A program made the position numbers and the translations under genes. The notes below the pieces were generated by a model, which saw nothing but the letters and a program-made list of their open reading frames with translations, did no database searches and was not told where the DNA came from. A stretch of DNA of 62,759 bases, counting the filler, from Circinaria calcarea (Eukaryota), in assembly GCA_051942165.1 (NCBI GenBank). It is 30 parts of 30 records of this genome, joined end to end, with 100 filler letters (N's around TTAATTAATTAA, not from the genome) between each part and the next. Parts side by side here need not be neighbours in the genome. Positions count along the whole stretch, not along the records: positions 58,689 to 60,674 come from JAVECS010004011.1; positions 60,775 to 62,759 come from JAVECS010004012.1; 28 more parts are not named here. One strand, given 5' to 3'. How positions within the stretch are numbered: position 1 is the stretch's first letter; each line of letters begins with the position of its first letter. Positions 58,689 to 62,759 of this stretch are shown piece by piece.

Positions 58689-59575
58689 GCTGCACTTCTC
58701 CTCACCTTTGCCAACTCGGCGTCGTCCGATTCATCAAGTCCATCAGACAATGAGATAGTGTAAGTAACTCTCATCCCGCCTGCATATGGCCATGTATAGA
58801 CACTAAAACAGTCTATCATAGCTCGATCCCTGGCGCCAGCGAGCAAGCTGTGGGTGAAGACACTACACTTCCCACCATCGAACCCAGCCATGTCATACCG
58901 CCGACCACCACTGCTGCTCAGGCTTCCGCTGCTTCTGTACCTGCCCCTCTGACCCCTCCGCCTCTCAACTACCCGTGGGCCTACTACCGATCTCGCCATT
59001 CCCCAGGTCGTCCCGCAGGTCCTCTCAATGTTCCCTCCCTCATGTCCGTCCCTCTCGGCACCGTCGCACCTCTCGCTACACCCCGCATCCCACCGCCACC
59101 TGCCTCCGCCCGTCTGTTGACTGCGCCACCGTCACCTAGGATAGGAAGACCGTGGTCACAGGCTGAGCGTGACACAGTCGCGGGATTGCTCAGGGAGGTC
59201 ATGGGTGAAAACGTAGGCCGCTGGCTCGTGGGCGTGTGGGAAGTGGTTGCCCAACGGCTGGAGCCTTATCATTTCAGCAATCCGCCTCGAACCGCAAACG
59301 CGCTTCGGGTCTTCTGGGTCAGACACGGACGCGAGGAGTACGGCATCGACGAACGACGGTCCACGACCAGGCCAGTAGACGAGACCGAGAAGGGAAGTGA
59401 CAAGGCGGCAAAGCGTCGCAAGCGGCGTCTCGGCACTCCTTCGTCCCCTCCTCCTACAAAGTATCGAAAGCATGATGAGCATGGGGACGACGATGATGGG
59501 AAGGAAGGTGACCTTCAGATGTCGGGACATCCTGCTCTGCCTCCCCAAGCACAGGTCCCGGCTGGCTACTCTTGA
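58689..59575 (+). CDS. Pro-rich protein with degenerate Myb/SANT-like domain, 5'-truncated
   Basis: Exon from the contig edge, intron 58760-58821. Trp-spaced PWSQAE...WEVVAQRL...RTANALRVFW.R.GR...GIDER and a basic NLS-like KRRKRR. Confidence 0.6.
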
Positions 59576-60776
59576 ATCATGGTGGAAGGATCTTCCATGT
59601 CGTCGATACCTCTCTGTCTTATGACACCAAACAGCCGGTGACTACTCATACCCAGTGGATAACAAATAGTCATCGTGGAACTGGCATCGATCAGCTTCAA
59701 AGGTTTCGCCATTCTCCCCTGGGACACTCACACCATCATTTCTCCTCCATGAAGCCCCCAAAGTGAAGACCAGTCCGTCCAAATACCTAGACAAAGCCTT
59801 CAAACACCAACAAAACCCATATATATGACCCTATTTATTTGCCTAACTCGGTGGCCGAGCGACCGAAAACCTCTTTCAAAGCTGAGCCTTGCTAGGAAAG
59901 GGGTATGAACAGCCAAGGTTCTGTGGTTTAGATGGAAAGGGGCATTAGGAGTCTCGGCAGGCCTAACAGGCGTCTTTCCGTTTGCATCAGCCACAGCTCT
60001 CACTTCCAAAACGCTTCTACCAATCATCCGGAGACAGCAGTGCCGATTGCTACCCAAACACCCTCACTAACGACTGCTGTTCAAGCCTCGTCCTCAGGCC
60101 AGGAGATACATGGTCTGTGCTTAGACCTTTTGAAAGATCATGAAGATCTGAAATTACAAAACGCGACGTTAACGGCAAAGAACGAGTCTCTAATGAAAGA
60201 GATTGAGGCTCTGAAGAGAAACTCCCTTTCCCTAGCCTAGGGAATAAGTATGCGAGATCATAGCAAGCGGCGGCTAGGGGGTAGTGGAGGTTTGATGTCA
60301 GTAAGAAGTCAGAGGTAGCATTTTGGTGACGGGTGGATATACGAATTGGGAGAGAGAGAGAGAGAGAGCGCCGTATACAGGGTAACGGATCAATATAGGA
60401 AAGATGTTGCAAAGTTGGCTTGCAAGGTTAGGATAACATGTGTTTCACTCTTGAGCGTGATAAAGTAATCAGAGAACATTGCAAAGAATGAGTATGCATT
60501 GCAGACTTAGACACTGTTGTTGTCTAACAGAACGGAGGCTATACCTCATGAGTACACTGTAGCTATGTAAACAGTGACGACTCGACACCCGGTTGAAATA
60601 CTGGTCTCAGTTTGTGAGAGACTAGTGCAGGGTCCCATGCCTAGGTATTTACTCCAGAGTCTCCTCCAGATTATNNNNNNNNNNNNNNNNNNNNNNNNNN
60701 NNNNNNNNNNNNNNNNNNTTAATTAATTAANNNNNNNNNNNNNNNNNNNNNNNNNNNNNNNNNNNNNNNNNNNNTT

Positions 60777-62064
60777 GTTGTCAACTCTGGCTGCGCAAAC
60801 GCGGTGACTGGTGAAGGCGGCCTCAAAGATGCCCAATCCATGGCTTCAACCGTCGATGCCTGCTTTCCCTCCTCTTCGGGCTCTACATTGTCTAGCACGC
60901 TGGTAATGTCCACAGGTGTTATCGGCCAACGTCTTCCGATCCAGAAGATCCTCTCCAAAATCCCCACAGCATACAACTCCCTCTCGAACACACACCAAGC
61001 ATGGCTCTCTACCGCCCGCGCCATTTGTACAACCGACACATTCCCAAAACTTCTCTCTCGAACTTTCACCCTCCCGTCTTCCCCATCGACTACCTACTCC
61101 CTCGCCGGTATGACCAAAGTAGGTGTCTTTATCATATCAACGGCTATGTCTAATTACAGACATTGAGCTAGCTAAGTAGTTCTCTTAGGGCGCCGGTATG
61201 ATTCACCCAAATATGGCCACTCTCCTCGGCATCTTCTGCACCGATGCCACAATCCCCCCTTCAATTCTTCAGCCCCTCCTCACTCACGCAGTGGACCGCT
61301 CCTTCAACGCTATAAGTATCGACGGTGATACCAGCACCAACGACACAGTCGCCCTCTTAGCCAATGGCGCAGCAGGCGGTCCTACTCTATCCTCCATCTC
61401 ATCCGCAGACGGCCAAGCCATCTCCGAAATCCTTACTTCCTTCACCCAAGAATTATCTCAACTCGTCGTCCGCGACGGCGAAGGCGCCACGAAGTTTGTC
61501 CGCGTACGAGTCGTCAACTCGGCATCGTTCGACGACGCGAAAGCCATAGCGTCTAGTATTGCGCGATCCCCCCTGGTAAAAACGGCATTGTACGGTAAAG
61601 ACGCCAATTGGGGACGGATACTCTGCGCAATTGGATACACGCCTGGTGTCTCTTCGGGGACAATATTGCCGGAGAAGACGAGCGTGAGCTTCGTACCCGT
61701 GGACGGCCGCCCGGAGCTGAAGTTGCTGGTGAAGGGGGAACCTGAAGCTGTGGATGAGGAAAGAGCGGCGGGGATACTAGAGGGAGAGGACTTGGAGATT
61801 AGAGTGGACTTGGGTTCGGGGTCGGAGGAGGCGAGCTATTGGTTTTGCGATTTCGTGAGTACTTATTGCATTCCCTTTATGAATAGCTAGTTTTACTAAC
61901 AGTCAGACAGAGTCATGGTGAGTACCCGCCTTTAACAACGAAGGCTACTTTGCTAACCACAGGAAACGATGCAGAATACGTGACGAGTAAGTTCTCATCC
62001 TCCGCCGTCAGTTGATGATTGCTAATTTTATACGCTTCTAGTAAATGCCGACTATAGAACCTAA
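60777..62064 (+). CDS. arg7: Ornithine acetyltransferase / bifunctional ArgJ (Arg7), 5'-truncated
   Basis: [45 protein letters not shown] (autocleavage Thr), [20 protein letters not shown] and WFCDF|SH|EYVT|INADYRT*. Introns 61119-61188, 61855-61910, 61918-61974 and 61987-62041. Confidence 0.96.
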
Positions 62065-62759
62065 CCACCGCGAACGAACATATATACCTGCAGTCTGTAC
62101 ATGATGGAAGGGTAGCATAGATTCCGAGGACTTGCATTTATGACGATTCCCACTATAGCATCAATGGGGTAACCCCAAAACTAGATTACTAACATAACAA
62201 GTTACATGGACCCGAAGCAATGATCAAGTCCTTTCAATAATGGGCAAGCATGATAAATAATCAAGGTAATCCTCGTATCATACGTGACGCACAATGAACT
62301 CTAGATTTAGAATCGCATTCGGGTATGATGATGGTTTTTCCAGCACCGTGTTTTGGTTAAGAATTCTCCATACGGGATTTAAAAAAAGTCATATGCGTTC
62401 TTAATCGTGATCTTCGACTGTTATACATGGTAACAGATACATACACGGACTTTTTTTCCAAGCCGACACACTAAATCCCTCTCCCACCCCCCTTCACTGG
62501 AACCTAGACCCTCGTGGCGCAATTTACCAAGGCTGAAGTCTGATCAAAGAAGGAGAAAAGCCCAATCAATTCCTAAACCATTCTCAACTCATTTCTAGCC
62601 CATAACCATACCCTTCAAACCAGCCATATCACCCTCCTTGGCGGCTATTTCAAAGTAGCCATAGATGATCCTGGGGCAATTAGTTGAATGTACGGTTGGG
62701 AGCCCGAACACAGATACTTACGTGACAGCCAGCAAGATACCTGTTCCTGAGCCCAGAGC

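Noticed and set aside
2006..60774. Regularly spaced TTAATTAATTAA repeats as a CRISPR-like or biological array
   Set aside because: They always sit in the centre of N-padded 100-bp linkers. They are synthetic six-frame stop spacers.

Overview
This window is not a contiguous locus. It is 30 unrelated contigs of about 2 kb, sorted by decreasing length (2005 to 1985 bp) and joined by 29 identical 100-bp artificial spacers (N44-TTAATTAATTAA-N44, stops in all six frames). The DNA is from a filamentous ascomycete (Pezizomycotina): short GT-AG introns with CTRAY branch points and fungal housekeeping genes. Gene neighbourhood is only meaningful inside each contig. Manual splicing recovers about 40 whole or partial genes, several absent or unrecognisable in the ORF track: thymine 7-hydroxylase, gluconokinase, Vma9, Atp14, SepB/Ctf4, Atg33 and a 4-exon conserved protein. 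Highlights are a head-to-head thymine 7-hydroxylase / iso-orotate decarboxylase pair (thymidine salvage); a complete, intact Fot1/pogo transposon with perfect 46-bp TIRs and TA target duplication; two related LTRs on different contigs, one a solo LTR with a CCTGA TSD; genes broken by single in-frame stops; unusual splicing (a GC-AG intron, an ATG-only coding exon, 7- and 12-nt microexons); and a recurring C-rich 5' to G-rich 3' gradient along genes. I found no convincing previously undescribed multi-gene system, and the contig structure limits what could be seen. All family assignments come from recalled motifs, not from database searches.
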